NCBI GenBank assembly: GCA_038087875.1
Contig: CM075988.1
Span: 18,912,001 to 18,976,000 of the forward strand
Origin: Malacoraja senta
Taxonomy: Eukaryota
Direction of reading: 5' to 3'
Length of the DNA stretch: 64,000 nt
Part shown: positions 10,500 to 23,035 of the stretch, one piece after another
How positions within the stretch are numbered: the stretch's first letter is position 1
How the letters are laid out: every line of letters begins with the position of its first letter
The notes under the pieces: generated by a model
The model's database searches: none
What the model was told of the DNA's origin: nothing
The model's input: only the letters and a program-made list of their open reading frames with translations
Translations under genes and position numbers: made by a program

Positions 10500-12539
10500 T
10501 CATGCTTGTAATAGGTCCAAAAACGTAGACCACGTCTTTTGAAATTGATCTACTTTGCCTACTAGGAGGAATCTCATCTCTTCCAGATGTAATGTTTCCA
10601 ACATATTTGATGTCCACATTTTTATTGTTGGTGTGGGCGCATTTTTCCAGAATTTAAGTATAAGCTTTTTTCCCATTATTAGCCCATAATTGAGTAAATT
10701 CTTCTGATACACGTTTAATTCAGGAATACCTTCCGATATTCCAAAAATAATCCATTCTGGTTTTGGTACCAGTTTTATTTTGATTAATTTTGAAAAAATA
10801 TCAAATATTTCAAACCAGAATTTTTGGATTTTTGTACAAAAAACAAAAGAATGTGCTATGGTAGCTTCTTGACATATACATTTATCACAGATTGGTGAGA
10901 CGTTAGGAAAGATTTTATTTAGTTTGGTTTTTGAATAATATAATCTATGTAATGTTTTAAATTGGATAAGCGTATGTCGTACGTTGATCGAGCATTTATG
11001 CACCTGTAATAAATGATTATCCCAACTCTCTTTTGAAATTTTTATACCTAGATCTTGTTCCCAATCTCTTCTAATTCCATCTGTTGTGGGTATTTCTATA
11101 TTTAAGATGATATTATATAAGTATGATATTAAATTAACTGATTCCGCCTTTGTCTTCATTGCTTCATCTAGTAAGTCGGAAGGCATATTATAATAATCTT
11201 TTGTGTGTGTTTTCAAATAGTCACAGATTTGTATATATTTAAAATATTGATTATTTTTCAAATTATATTTCAGTTGTAGTTGTTGGAATGATAGTAATTT
11301 TTCTAATTCATACAGATCTTCGAGCGTTTTAATTCCCATTCTTTCCCATTGTATAAATGCTTTATCTATGATTGAAGGTTTAAACGATGGGTTATTGACT
11401 ATTGGTATTAAGAGAGATAGGTTTCTTAATTTTAGATTCTGTTTTATTTGCTTCCATGTTCTAATAGTGCTATATATAATTGGATTTTTATTATAATTTT
11501 TATTATTCAAATTTATTGGAGAGAGAATAATCGCTCCTATATTATTCGGGGAGCAATCCCCTTTTTCCATTATAATCCAGTCCACCTGCTGGGCAGAATT
11601 GTCCAGCAGGTGAATCATATTTTTAATATTTACTGCCCAGTTATAATACATAAAGTTAGGGAGCGCTAGACCCCCCAACTCTTTTCGTTTGTTAAGGTGT
11701 GTTCTTTGTATTCTGTGGGATTTGTAATCCCATATAAAATTTGTAATGTCTGAGTCCAGTTTTTTGAAAAACTTTTTTGGGAGATATATAGGTATTGATT
11801 GAAATAGGTAAAGGATTTGTGGTAAGAAAATCATTTTTATAGCATTTATCCTACCTATTAAGGACATCGGAAGTGTTTTCCAAAATTTAATCAGATTATT
11901 TAATTTCTTAAGTAGGGGATTATAATTAGCTTTAAACATATCATGGTAATTTCTAGTAATCTCAATTCCTAAATATTTGAATTTTTCCATAGCTATTTTA
12001 AAAGGGAATTTCCTGAGATGTGTTGAGTCTTTTGGTTTAATCGACATAATTTCACTTTTGTTCCAATTTATTCTATATCCTGAAAAGGATCCAAAGTCCT
12101 CAATTAAGTTTAATATATTTGGTATACTAATTTGTGGTTTTGTGATGTACAGTAGTACATCATCAGCATATAGGGATAGTTTGTTGTTTGAATATTTTGT
12201 GTTATAACCGTGAATATTCGAGTGTGTTCTTATTTTTTCAGCAAGGGGTTCAATTACCAAAGCAAATAACAGCGGTGATAGTGAACATCCTTGTCTGTTG
12301 CCCCTAGATAATTCGAATTTTGAAGATAATATATTATTAGTTAGTATTCTAGCCGTAGGTTTGTTATATAGTAGTTTTATCCATGCAATAAAGTTTTCTC
12401 CCAATTGGAATTTTTGCAATACTTTGATCATATAGTCCCATTCTACTTGATCAAACGCTTTTTCTGCGTCCAGTGAGATGATAGCTAACTCTTGGTCATA
12501 AGATTTATGTGAATGCATTATGTTAAGCAAACGTCTCAA
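10500..12539 (-). CDS. L1 ORF2, C-terminal part (RT and Cys-rich domain)
   Basis: SLDAEKAFD, GNRQGCSLSPLLF, LYADD, FKYLGI, GGLALPN and CDKC...HSFVFC; 679 codons with no stop. Confidence 0.88.
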   Translation of the reverse strand: MRRLLNIMHSHKSYDQELAIISLDAEKAFDQVEWDYMIKVLQKFQLGENFIAWIKLLYNKPTARILTNNILSSKFELSRGNRQGCSLSPLLFALVIEPLAEKIRTHSNIHGYNTKYSNNKLSLYADDVLLYITKPQISIPNILNLIEDFGSFSGYRINWNKSEIMSIKPKDSTHLRKFPFKIAMEKFKYLGIEITRNYHDMFKANYNPLLKKLNNLIKFWKTLPMSLIGRINAIKMIFLPQILYLFQSIPIYLPKKFFKKLDSDITNFIWDYKSHRIQRTHLNKRKELGGLALPNFMYYNWAVNIKNMIHLLDNSAQQVDWIIMEKGDCSPNNIGAIILSPINLNNKNYNKNPIIYSTIRTWKQIKQNLKLRNLSLLIPIVNNPSFKPSIIDKAFIQWERMGIKTLEDLYELEKLLSFQQLQLKYNLKNNQYFKYIQICDYLKTHTKDYYNMPSDLLDEAMKTKAESVNLISYLYNIILNIEIPTTDGIRRDWEQDLGIKISKESWDNHLLQVHKCSINVRHTLIQFKTLHRLYYSKTKLNKIFPNVSPICDKCICQEATIAHSFVFCTKIQKFWFEIFDIFSKLIKIKLVPKPEWIIFGISEGIPELNVYQKNLLNYGLIMGKKLILKFWKNAPTPTIKMWTSNMLETLHLEEMRFLLVGKVDQFQKTWSTFLDLLQA

Positions 12540-12979
12540 ACGTCAATAGACAATAATAAAATCTCAGAATTTTTAGATAATTGTAATCTACCACAATTAG
12601 AACGCAGGGAACAAGAGGAACTGGGAGCACAAATTACTTCTAAGGAGATAGAAGACACAATAAAAACACTAAAAAATGGAAAAACACCAGGACCAGACGG
12701 ATTCAGTAATGAATTTTATAAATCTTTTTATGATATAGTTACTCCACGATTACAAAAAATGTATACATATGCTTATAAAGAGCAAAACCTACCTGAAACA
12801 CTAGCGGAATCAACGATCATATTAATACTTAAAAAAGATAAAAATATAGAAGAACCAGGATCATATAGAGCTATTGCTTTGTTAAATACGGATCAGAAAA
12901 TAATAGCAAAAACATTAGCCAATAGATTAAGCAAGTATGTTAGTAGACTAATACATGAGGATCAAACAGGATTTATACC
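12540..12979 (+). CDS. Inverted upstream segment of the same L1 ORF2
   Basis: KTPGPDGFSNEFY...GSYRAIALLNTDQKI...EDQTGFIP normally lies just upstream of LRRLLNI, where the minus-strand ORF begins. Confidence 0.85.
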
Positions 12980-14004
12980 TAACCGACCGGTAATGTTAAT
13001 GTCCGCCGAACTTCACAGCCGTGCATCTCTGGCTTCTTAAAAGTTGTCTCCAAACCTTCTCTCTCCTTCTCCCCCCTCTCCCACCTCCCCCCACCCCCTC
13101 TACCCCCTCTTTTAAAGGACTTACCGTACACTGTGCTTCAGCCGTCTTAATTACAGCACCAACCTTCCTGTTCATCGCGGTGTGTGTCTGTATCACCTTG
13201 GTTTTGCACCGTGTGAATTTCACTCAGACAGCGCTCCCCCCGCTTGCCCTGTCCCCTGCCTGCATAACGGGCTGGTGAAGGAAGCGATGTGTGTGTGTTC
13301 CACTCTGACAGTTGCCGTTCCAGTTGCCGTCAACTTCACAATCGCCGGCAGTCGCCCGAAAAATCGCCTAAATGGGACAGACCCATAACAGCGTCAGAGA
13401 TCCGGATACAACCCTGACAACGAGTGCCATATGAATGGAGTTTGCACATTCTCCCTGTGACCGCATGCGTTTCTTTCAAGTGCTCTGGTTTCCAAAAAAG
13501 TGTGGGTTTGTAGGTTAAGTGTCTTCTGTAAGTTGTCCCTAGTATGTAGGATAGAACTAGCGTAAGGGGATCGTTGGTTGGCGTGGACTCGGTGGGGGGG
13601 AAAGGCCTGTTTCCATGCTGTATTACTAAACTAAAAGTAAACCAATGACGTGCGGTTTTGTAGGTGAATTGGCCTCTGTAAATTGCCCCGAGTGTGCAGG
13701 GAGTGGTTGTGAAAGTGGGATAGCATAGAACTAGGTAAACGGGTGATCGATGGTCGGTGTGGACTGAGTGGGCCAAAGGGATTCGCTATTCAGCGTGAAT
13801 TCGATGGACGGAAGGGCCTGTTTCCATGCTGTATCTCTAAACTAAAACTAAACCAATGTAAACTACCACCGCTGTCGTACTAACCCACTCAAGTCTTGCT
13901 GCCTGGGATCAGTCAATATTTGTGGTGCATGGTTCGAGTCACAAGTGATGACTTATGCAGTGGGTAACAGCCGTACACCATGGGTGCCTTTTATTTATGC
14001 CACT

Positions 14005-14312
14005 TTCAGTTTAGTTTTAGTTTAGAGATACAACACGGAAACAGGCCCTTCGGCCCGCTGAGTCTGTGCCGACCATTGATCTTCACGCACTAGTCTATCC
14101 TACGCACACTAGGGAAATGTACAATTTTACTCAGCCAATTAACCTACAAACCTGTACGTCTTTGGAGTGCGGGAGGAAACCAGAGCTCCCGGAGAAAGCC
14201 CACTCGAGTCAGCGGGAGAACGTACAAACTCCATATGGACAGACACCCGTAGTAAGGTTTGAACCCGGGTCTCTGGCGCTGTGAGGCAGCAACTCTACCG
14301 CCATGCCGCCCG
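14005..14312 (-). mobile_element. HE1-type SINE
   Basis: Reverse-strand head (gggcggcatggcggtagagttgctgcc), core and (ctaaa)n tail. Confidence 0.8.
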
Positions 14313-15279
14313 TGACACTGCGACACAACACTATCATGCATCTCATAGTGCCTACTTGAACCATCCAATTAATGGATGAGTTCTCAACTACATTCAGTGG
14401 TTAATGTCCATAAATAAATCTGATTCATGGTATCTGGGTATCAACTTTGTGTTAAGTATGCTAATTCTATGAAATGCAAATGTCAACCTCCAGTGCACAC
14501 AGATGGAAATTTGTGATTACAAATTCCACTTTTCTCTGAATTCTTAATAGTTCTAAAAGGAAATAAACTGCAATTATATTGCCAGGATATAGAGAAAGTA
14601 TTTGCAAACTTGTTTACACTCAGGAATTTGGATTGTGAAGAGTCTTTTTGGATTTGGCCCAATGCTAATCCAATTTCCTGATAAGTGGAGCTGTCGAGAT
14701 GAAGCTCGGTGTTGGGCGCTGAATCCAATGCTGGAAGTGCGTTCAACTGTATCTGGGGAACTAAATAAACAGAGACTGTAGAATGAACCAGCGCTGCTTG
14801 CGTTGATTGCAATGGAGGGCTTAGGCTAATACTGTAAGTCGCATCGAACGACTACACTTTGCTGAAATAACACCATTATGCGATGTACAGCTGGCCATTG
14901 CTGTATTACGTTGCATGTGTCGTAGAATCAGCGATCAAGGCGACTGGAAGTTTCATTGCATTTAGGTCCCAAATGCAGCCACCCCAATGTCACAGCTTTG
15001 AACTCCGGTGACCAGTTTCAGTGTTGAGGCAGGTGAGGTGGTCTCCAAATTAGTAATGATCAGAGGGCAAGCTGATCACACGTGTACAAGTTCCTGGAAC
15101 ACAAAGTAAAGGGTGAGTACCGATGGGAACTAAATAATGTCAGATTTAAATAGTCAACAAACGGGTGGCGCAGTGACGCAGCGGTAGAGCTGCTGCCTTA
15201 CAGCGCCAGAGACACGGGTTCGATCCTGACTACAGATGCTGTTTGTACAGAGTTTGCGACTATGTTTCAGAGTGAAGGA

Positions 15280-15840
15280 TAACACAGGTTTAGAATCTTG
15301 TGTTCAATTCTGGGGACCATGTTATAGGAAAGATGTTGTCAAGCTTGAAAGGGTTCAGAGAAGATTTACGAGGATGTTGCCAGGTCTAGAGGGAGTGAGC
15401 TATAGCGAGAGATTGAGTCGGCTGGGTTCTCTATTCCTTGGCGTGCAGGAAGATGAGGGGAAATCTTATAGAGGTGTACAAAATCATGAGAGGAATAGAT
15501 TGGGTAGATACACAGAGTCTTTTGCCCAGAGTAGGGGAAACGAGAACTAGAGGACATAGGTTCAAGGTGAAGGGGAAAAGATTTAATAGGTATCTGAGGC
15601 GTATCTTTTTCACACAAAGGGTGGTGGGTGTATGGAACAAGCTGCCAGATGAGGTAGTTGAGGCTGGGACTATCCCAACATTTAAGAAACAGTTGGACAG
15701 GTACATGGATAGGACAGGTTTGTAGGGATATGGACCAAGCGCAGGCAGGTGGGACTAGTGTAGCTGGGACATGTTGGCCGGTGTGAGCAAGTTAGGCCGA
15801 AGGGCCTGTTTCCCCACTGTATCACTCCATGACTCTATAG
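15280..15840 (+). mobile_element. CR1/HER1-like LINE 3' fragment
   Basis: LESCVQFW...LERVQRRFTRMLPG...TRGHRFKV...WNKLP, with a 3' tail shared with the SINEs. Confidence 0.85.
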
Positions 15841-16601
15841 AACATAGGAGAGTACAGCACAAGATATGTAAATTGCCCCTAATGTGTAAGGGAGTGGATG
15901 AGAAGGTGGAATAATGCAGAATTAGTGTGAACAGGTGATCGATGGTCGATGTGGACTCACTGGTCCGAAGGCCCTATTTCCACGCTGTATCTTTTGAACA
16001 GTCACTCAATCAAACTATTGCAGCATGAGTGTAACCGAATGACTATAACATCTCCTCAAAATAATTGACAGGCGCAAGTGGTGAATTCTAATGTTTAGAA
16101 CAGAAAGACCTGCATATGAATACAAAAACCCTGTGCTATTTTTCTTCGACTGAATCATAGTTTTAGTCCTTGTGTCTATCGAGACCAGCATGTCAGAAAC
16201 TACTAAGTAATTTATCATAGATGAAGCTGCAATATTTTTGCCTCAAGAACTTCAGCACAATGCATGAATTAAACACCGTTGGACTTGCAAGGGAAAATCC
16301 ATTCATTATTAATCTTGCAATAGCTTCTCAAATGGGTCCTTCTATTGATTCACGATGGAGAATATTTGAATCAATTCCACCTCAACTCAAAAAAGACAGT
16401 GACTTCCCTTTCCTTGCAGGAGAAACTTTTTCGCCTATAACATGTGCTTCAGTTCTCAGTAACAGTTTTAAAATATGGACACACATGCAACTCTTTAATA
16501 AAATATTTAGTGCTGTGTTGTGAGGCATCTGGTTAACATACGCAAACTGCGAAAGCATGAATGCTTTAAAACACGTTACAATGGTACCTGGTCATTCATT
16601 A

Positions 16602-16900
16602 ATTTAGTTTAGTTCAGAGATACAGCGCAGAAACAGGCCCATCGGCCCACCGTGTCTGCGCCAACCAGCGATCCTCGCACATTAACGGTATCCTACACAC
16701 TAGGGACAATTTACGTTTATACCCCGCCAATTACCGTAAAAACATGTACGTCTTTGGAGTGTGAGAGGAAACCGAAGATCTCGGAGAAAACCCACGCTGG
16801 TCACGTACAAACTCCGTACAGACAGCAGCCGTAGTCAGGATCGAACCCGGGTCTCTGGTGCTGAAAGGCAGTAAATACCGCTGCGCCACCGTGCCGCCCC
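16602..16900 (-). mobile_element. HE1-type SINE
   Basis: gggcggcacggtggcgcagcggta head and ggttcgatcc B box on the minus strand. Confidence 0.8.
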
Positions 16901-18679
16901 AGGCACAGAACGGATGCTTTTCGAGAAAAAAGCCATGAAAAACTCGCTGTCAGCTTCAAGGCATTCCACAAAATGTTCAACAACATCTGATAAGATGCAA
17001 ACTTGTCTTCTCCCCTGCAGATTAAATCATATTTATTTCAGTCATTGACATGGTGAACTCTTTGAAGAAACTGACAGCAGTAAAAATAAAATTAATTTCT
17101 CGGATGCATAAGGTAATGCAGAAGCAGAAGATCGGAAAGGTTTGAAGAGATATGGACCAAACCCAGGCAGGTGGGACAAGCTTGGATGGCGCATCATCAT
17201 TGACATGGACAAGTTGGGCCGAAGGGCGTGTTTCCAGCTGTATGACTCTATGACTCAATAGGACCACACGGTGGTGCAGCTGATAGAGCTCTGCCTCACA
17301 GCCCCAAAGACTTGGCTGCAGTAAATTGGCTGCAGTAAATAACTTTGAGTGTGTATTGAGTGGATGCGAATGTGGGATAACTTAGAACTAGTGTGAACGG
17401 GCGATGGATGGTCGGCACGGACTGAGTGGGCCGGAGGGCCTGTTTCCACGCTATATCTCCAAGTAAGTAAGTCTATCTGTATCTATCTGCAGTCTGAAGT
17501 AGGGTTCTGACCCAAAACATCACCCATCTTTTTCTCCAGTGATGCTGCCTGACTTGCTGAGTTACTCCAGCACTGTGTGCCTATCTTAAGAATCTATCAA
17601 GATCCCTTTGTGACTGCCTATGATTTTGACTGGAAGAAATCACATGCACAATGCTGATGAAGTATTGCATGTTTCTTTATGCTGAACCAACTATCCGTAT
17701 GGCACAAAACATATAAATCCTGGGAATTCCTCTGGAGACCACTCACATCTGGAGGAGGGGGGGTGTAAATCTCCTTTCAGCTGTAATTGGGTATGTAGTT
17801 TATTTCCCACAGAGTGAACAGTGTTTGTGGAAGGCCGCGGGTGTAATCGTTAGATCATCTATGCATGTGTGATCGTGGTACTGTCTACTGAAACTGACTG
17901 AGCAAGTGTGAGACGTTGTACTTTGGGAGGGGGAGGTATCTGGTTGATGGCAAAATACGTAACAGGCCCAAGGGCTGGATAGAGTGGATGTGGAGAGGAT
18001 GTTTCCAGTAGTCGGAGAGTCCAGACGGCACAGCCTCAGAATAAAAAGACGTACCCTTAGAATGGAGATGAAGAGGACTTTCTTGAACAGGACGGCAGTG
18101 AATCTGTGGAATGCATCGCCATAGAGAGTGGTAGTGGCCAAGTCATTGGGTATTATTAATATGGAGATTGATAGGTTCTTGATTAATAAGAGTATCAAAG
18201 GTTAGGGGTAGAAGGCAGGAGAATGAGGTTGAGAGGGATCATTCATGATCGAATGATGGAGCAGGCTCGATGGGCCGAATGGCCTAATTCTGCTCATATG
18301 TCTTATGAACTAATAAACAACATTAATGTGCAGAGATATCTTGAAGACCATGCTCATACACAAGTAGATAGAGTTTACCAGATCTATTCCTCTCTTGACT
18401 TTTTACACCACTATAAGATCAGCTTGCTCAACCTCTCCCTATAGCTCAGGCCCTCGACTCCTGACAACATCCTCATGAATTTTCTCTGCACCCTTTCCAG
18501 CTTGACAACATCTTTCTTATCTCAAAGAGTAGTGGAAGGTCTCCCGAACCACCCATCAAACATCACCCGTCTCACCTTAGCTAGTCCATACGTCCCACCA
18601 CAGTGGTCTCATTCATCGCATCCAAACCCATTGAACCAGAGTCAAAGCACATCAACGTCAACCCTGAAGGGGGGAAGAT

Positions 18680-19220
18680 GAGGCATGGTGGCATAACGGT
18701 GGAGCACCAGAAATCTGGGTTCGAACCTGACTATGGGTGTTTGTCTGTACGGAGTTTGTACGTTCTCCCCGTGACCTGCATGGGTTTTCTCCGTTTTTCT
18801 TCGGTTTTCTTCCATGCTCCAAATACATACAGGTTTGGAGGTTGGTTGACAGTATAAAAATGTAAAAATTGTCCATAGTGTGTGTAGAATAGTGTTAGCC
18901 TGCAATTAACCTTCCAGACCTGCACGTCTTTGGAGTGGGGGAGGAAACCGAAGATCTCGGAGAAGACCTATGCGGTCACAGGGAGAACCTACAAACTCTG
19001 TACTGACAGTACCCATAGTCGCGTTCGAACCCGGGTCCCGGGCGCTACAAGTGCTGTAAGGCAGCAACTCTACCGCTGCGCCATGGAGCCGCCCACCATC
19101 GTGCAATCGTGGAATTGTGCAATGCCTACACGTAGCAGCTGAGGTTAAAACTCAGGGTCAAACCCGGGTCTCTGGTGCTGTGAGGCAGCAGTTCTACCAG
19201 CTGTGCCACTGTGCTGCCCA
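18680..19220. mobile_element. Cluster of HE1-type SINE fragments in opposite orientations
   Basis: Plus-strand copy at 18680-18900 abuts minus-strand copies at 18905-19095 and 19145-19220. Confidence 0.65.
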
Positions 19221-19979
19221 ATAATGCAGAAGGGTTGAACACATTTCAAGCGCAACTTGCAGATAGAGTGAAGCGGCATGGATGCCTACCAGGATGCCCT
19301 ATCTAAGCTGGTATACACTTCCCACATTGGCCAGTATCCACCTAGACCTCTCCCATCCATCGTCTCAAGGCCGATTCTTTAAATGGAGTAGGGAGATGGA
19401 TTCAGAAGGTAGACTGGACAATTTGTGACCTCTCAATACCAATAAGCCTCAGCTAACGGCACGATATGATCATTGCCTGAGGAGCAGCTTGGCTTTGCTT
19501 TTGCCAAAGAAAACAAGAAGTGAGTTCTGTGAATTCCTGTTCTGTTTTACAACTTAGCTTCAATGTGTGAAATGGAAATGGAAACCATTTAACACACGTA
19601 ATTTAATGAATGAAGTACTGGTGTCATGTAGACCATTTAGATCAGGTTTTCATCACATGCTCTGTTGTTATTGTTTTTGGACAGTAGGTAATGTTTTAAT
19701 AATAGTCAGAGACCCAATTGAATTCCCTCTACTAACACCCTCCCCCACCTGACCTAAATAGTCCTCACCCTCAACAACCTTTCTTAAGAAGGGTTTCGGC
19801 CCGAAACGTTACCTATTTCCTTCACTCCATAGATGCTGCTGCACCCGCTGAGTTTCTCCAGCATTTTTGTGTACCTTTCTTTTTACTCCTCTGGCTATGT
19901 CCGGTGATCGCTGGTCGGTGCCGACTCGGTGGGCCGAAGGGCCTGTTTCCGCGCTGTATCTCTAAACTAAACGAAAGAT

Positions 19980-20370
19980 AAAGGTGTAGCCAACCATGCC
20001 GACCTTTTGTTGGTGACATCGAACAGCTCTTGTTCCAAACATACACTGGCACCATCCCCCAACTCCTTCTCTGATACATTAACGACTGCATTGGGGTTTA
20101 CCCCAAAGATAGATGCTGGAGTAACTCAGCAGTCCAGACAGCATCTCTGGAGCAGGGGAATAGGTGATAGGTACAGAACTCGTTAATTTTCATCAACTTT
20201 ATCAGTAACTTCCACCCTGCCCTCAAATTCACTTGATTGTCTCTGACACCTCCCTCCCCTTTCTTGATCTCTCTGTCCCCATCGCAGGGGACAGACCATC
20301 AACTGACATCTGCTACAAACCCACCGACTCCCACTGTTATGTGGACTAGACCTCCTCCCACTCTGCCCTC
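19980..20370 (+). mobile_element. Degenerate Penelope-like RT fragment
   Basis: Decayed LFVGDIEQLLFQ, L*YINDCIG (YIDD-like), FHPALKFT, PFLDL and YKPTDSH motifs, interrupted by a mini-repeat. Confidence 0.6.
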
Positions 20371-21049
20371 TCGAAACTGGTTCTTGCTGCACAAAGTATG
20401 GGTTGAACTGGAGCCTGTGTTTTTTATTCTGTGCCTCAGAGCTGAGACCCAGCACATGCCAATGTTTGATTGGGGCCATCTTAGAAGATCTTAAACTGTC
20501 TCAGAGAGTGGTTGGATTGGAGGAGATCATAGAGGTAGGCTTGGGTGATATCGTTGAAGGATGTGAACTAAGGATACAAAGTTTAAAACGGAGGCATTAT
20601 TATTAATCAGACGTTGGTGCAGAAACTTCTCAAAGTCTTTTACCATTTTTTTTGATTTTCACTTTTTGGTCTTTTTGATTTTTGAACCTTTTGAAGAATT
20701 AAGTTATTCTTTCTCCATTTATGCTTCATTGGGAGGCATTCTATGATTTATGACCATTGCACTGGGAATGCACTCATATCTGTTGAAACTTGAGTATTCT
20801 TCACTTCAAAATCATCTCCACCTCTTCCAGCAGGATATAAATCTGCATTTCCCGACCTGAGATGAATGATTGATTATCCGGTATCATTCCAATAAAATAA
20901 AATTATATCACCCTCACCCCCCACCCCTCCGTTCATTAACAAGAGGATCCATTGTGCATTCCAAACCCAAAACAAAACACGAGACTCCACTTAGACTCAC
21001 CAACGTCTAGGACAACTTTGACAAAACATCCCATATCTATATATTAATT

Positions 21050-21375
21050 TTTAGTTTAGTTTAGTTTAGTTTAGTTTAGAGATACAGCGCGGCCATTTCG
21101 GCCCACCGGGTCCGCGCCGACCAGCGACCCCCACACATTAACACTATCCTATACCCACTAGTGACAATTTTAACATTTACCAAGCCAATTAACCTACATA
21201 ACTGTATGTCTTTCGAGTGCGGGAGGAAACCGCAGATCTCGGAGAAAACCCACGCAGTTCACGGGGAGAACGTACAAACTCAGTACAGACAGCGCCCGTA
21301 GACAGGATGGAACCCGGGTCTCCGGCGCTGCATTTGCTGCAAGGCTGCAACTCTACCGCTGCTCCACCGTGCGGG
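21050..21375 (-). mobile_element. HE1-type SINE
   Basis: (tttag)n tail, core and tRNA-like head on the minus strand. Confidence 0.8.
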
Positions 21376-21785
21376 CCAGTGTGCCCAAAGTCTTCTTCAT
21401 CACTCTATCTACCTGTGGCATCACTTTCAGGGAACTTTGTACTCCTGGATCCCTCTGCTCAGCAACACTTTGCAAGGTCCTTCCGTTCACCGTGAAGGGT
21501 TGACCTTCCATATTGCAACACTCATGCTTATCTGAAATTAAACTCAATTTGACATTCCTTGACCCATGTGGCCAGCTGATCAAAGCCCTGCTGTAATTCT
21601 TCATCACCAACTTCAGCATCTACAATACCACCTATTTTAATGTCACCTGCAATCCTATTAATCATGAGTTGAACATTCTCAGCCAACTTGTTGCTATCGA
21701 CGACAAACAGCAATAGGGCCAGCACTGAACCCTGATGAACACCACTAGTTGTAGGCCTGTAGTCCGAAAAACAGCCTTCCACCAT
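21376..21785 (-). mobile_element. Degenerate CR1 RT fragment
   Basis: TSGVHQGSVLA...IAGDIKIGG (decayed FADDTKIGG). Confidence 0.7.
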
Positions 21786-22609
21786 CTGGAGTAACTTAGC
21801 GGGCCAGGCAGCATCTCTGGAGAGAAGGGAATGGGTGACATTTCAAGGTTGGGACTGAAGAAACCTTTTGTCTAACTTCTGTTTAAACCAATATCTGCAG
21901 TTTCCTTCCTACACATAAGAAAGCACGGGTCACTATGGACAACAATATCTTTCCTAGAGTCATCATACGCAGAAACAGGCCATTCAGCCCAACCCGCCTG
22001 TGCTGCCCATCTAAGCTACTTCATTTGCCCGTGTTTGGCCCTTATCCCTCTTGATCCATGTAACTGTCCAAATATATTTAAATGATGTATAGTACCTGCC
22101 TTAACTACCTTTGCTGGTAGCTCGTATTATATCGTATCATATACTCACCATGCTCTGAGTAAAAAGTTACCCCTCAGGTTCCTTTAAATCTTTCCCCTCT
22201 CCCCTTAAACATGTGTCATTCGGGTCAGTCTGAAGAAGGGTCTCGACCGAAACTCACCCATTCCTTCTCTCCGGTGATGCTGCCTGTGCTGCTGAGTTAC
22301 TCCAGCTTTTTATATCATCCTTTGGTTTCAACTAGCATCTGCAGTTCCTTCATACAGCTTCCACATCACCCTCTGCTTCCTTCTATGAAGCCAATTCTGT
22401 ATCCAGTTTGCTAGCCATGCCTAGATCTCATGTAATCAAAATGTTAAGTATACAAGGCTGAAGGCTTTCTATCTCAACACGTAAGGCATTCACAATATGA
22501 TGGGCAACCCAGCTGCACAGATGGATGTACATGGACATGATAAAGCTTTGATTGAGGAGAGAAGGCTGCAGGGTGTCTTGGAATGGGAACTAAATTTGAA
22601 TGATCACCA

Positions 22610-23035
22610 TGATTCACTGGAGTTCAGAACGATGAGGGGGGATCTTACAGAAACATATAAAATTATAAAAGGACTGGACAAGCTAGATGCAGGAAAAATG
22701 TTCCCAATGTTGGGCGAGTCCAGAACCAGGGGGACACAGTCTTAGAATAAAGGGGAGGTCATTTAGACTGAGGTGAGAAAAACTTTTTCACCCAGAGAGT
22801 TGTGCATTTGTGGAATTCCCTGCCACAAGGGGCAGTGGAGGCCAAGTCACTGGATGGATTTAAGAGAGAGTTAGATAGAGCTCTAGGGGCTAGTGGAGTC
22901 AAGGGATATGGGGAAGAAGGCAGGCACGGGTTATTGATAGGGGTGATGATCAGCCATGATCACAATGAATGGTGGTGCTGGCTCAAAGGGGCCGAACGGC
23001 CTCCTCCTGCACCTATTTTCTATGTTTGTATGTAA
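22610..23035 (+). mobile_element. CR1 LINE 3' fragment
   Basis: SLEFRTMRGDLTETY...LWNSLP with a (tatg)n tail. Confidence 0.8.

Larger units (their letters stand above)
10096..12979 (-). mobile_element. L1-clade LINE, 5'-truncated with a 5' inversion
   Basis: Poly(A) appears as a T-run from 10096; pyrimidine-rich 3' UTR; 18-bp TSD TAACCGACCGGTAATGTT (10078-10095 and 12980-12997); the upstream part of ORF2 is on the opposite strand. Confidence 0.93.
9715..13385. mobile_element. Non-autonomous PIF/Harbinger-type DNA transposon (~770 bp without the L1)
   Basis: Imperfect ~40-bp TIRs taggcctgtcccacataggcgacgttttaggcgactgc / gcagtcgcccgaaaaatcgcctaaatgggacagaccca; 3-bp TWA-type flanks (TTA 9712-9714, TAA 13386-13388); internal 24-bp palindrome at 9867-9890. 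Confidence 0.75.
9678..13855 (+). mobile_element. HE1-type SINE split by a nested Harbinger-type MITE and L1
   Basis: The head gtggcgcagcggtagagttgctgccTTA stops at 9714 and resumes as cagcgtcagagatccgg at 13389. Confidence 0.8.

Noticed and set aside
14483..14812. 109-aa ORF as a coding exon
   Set aside because: No recognisable homology and no convincing splice donor; retained only as a non-coding candidate.
15163..15230. tRNA gene (also the other A/B-box heads in the window)
   Set aside because: These continue into SINE core sequence and lack a complete cloverleaf; they are SINE heads.
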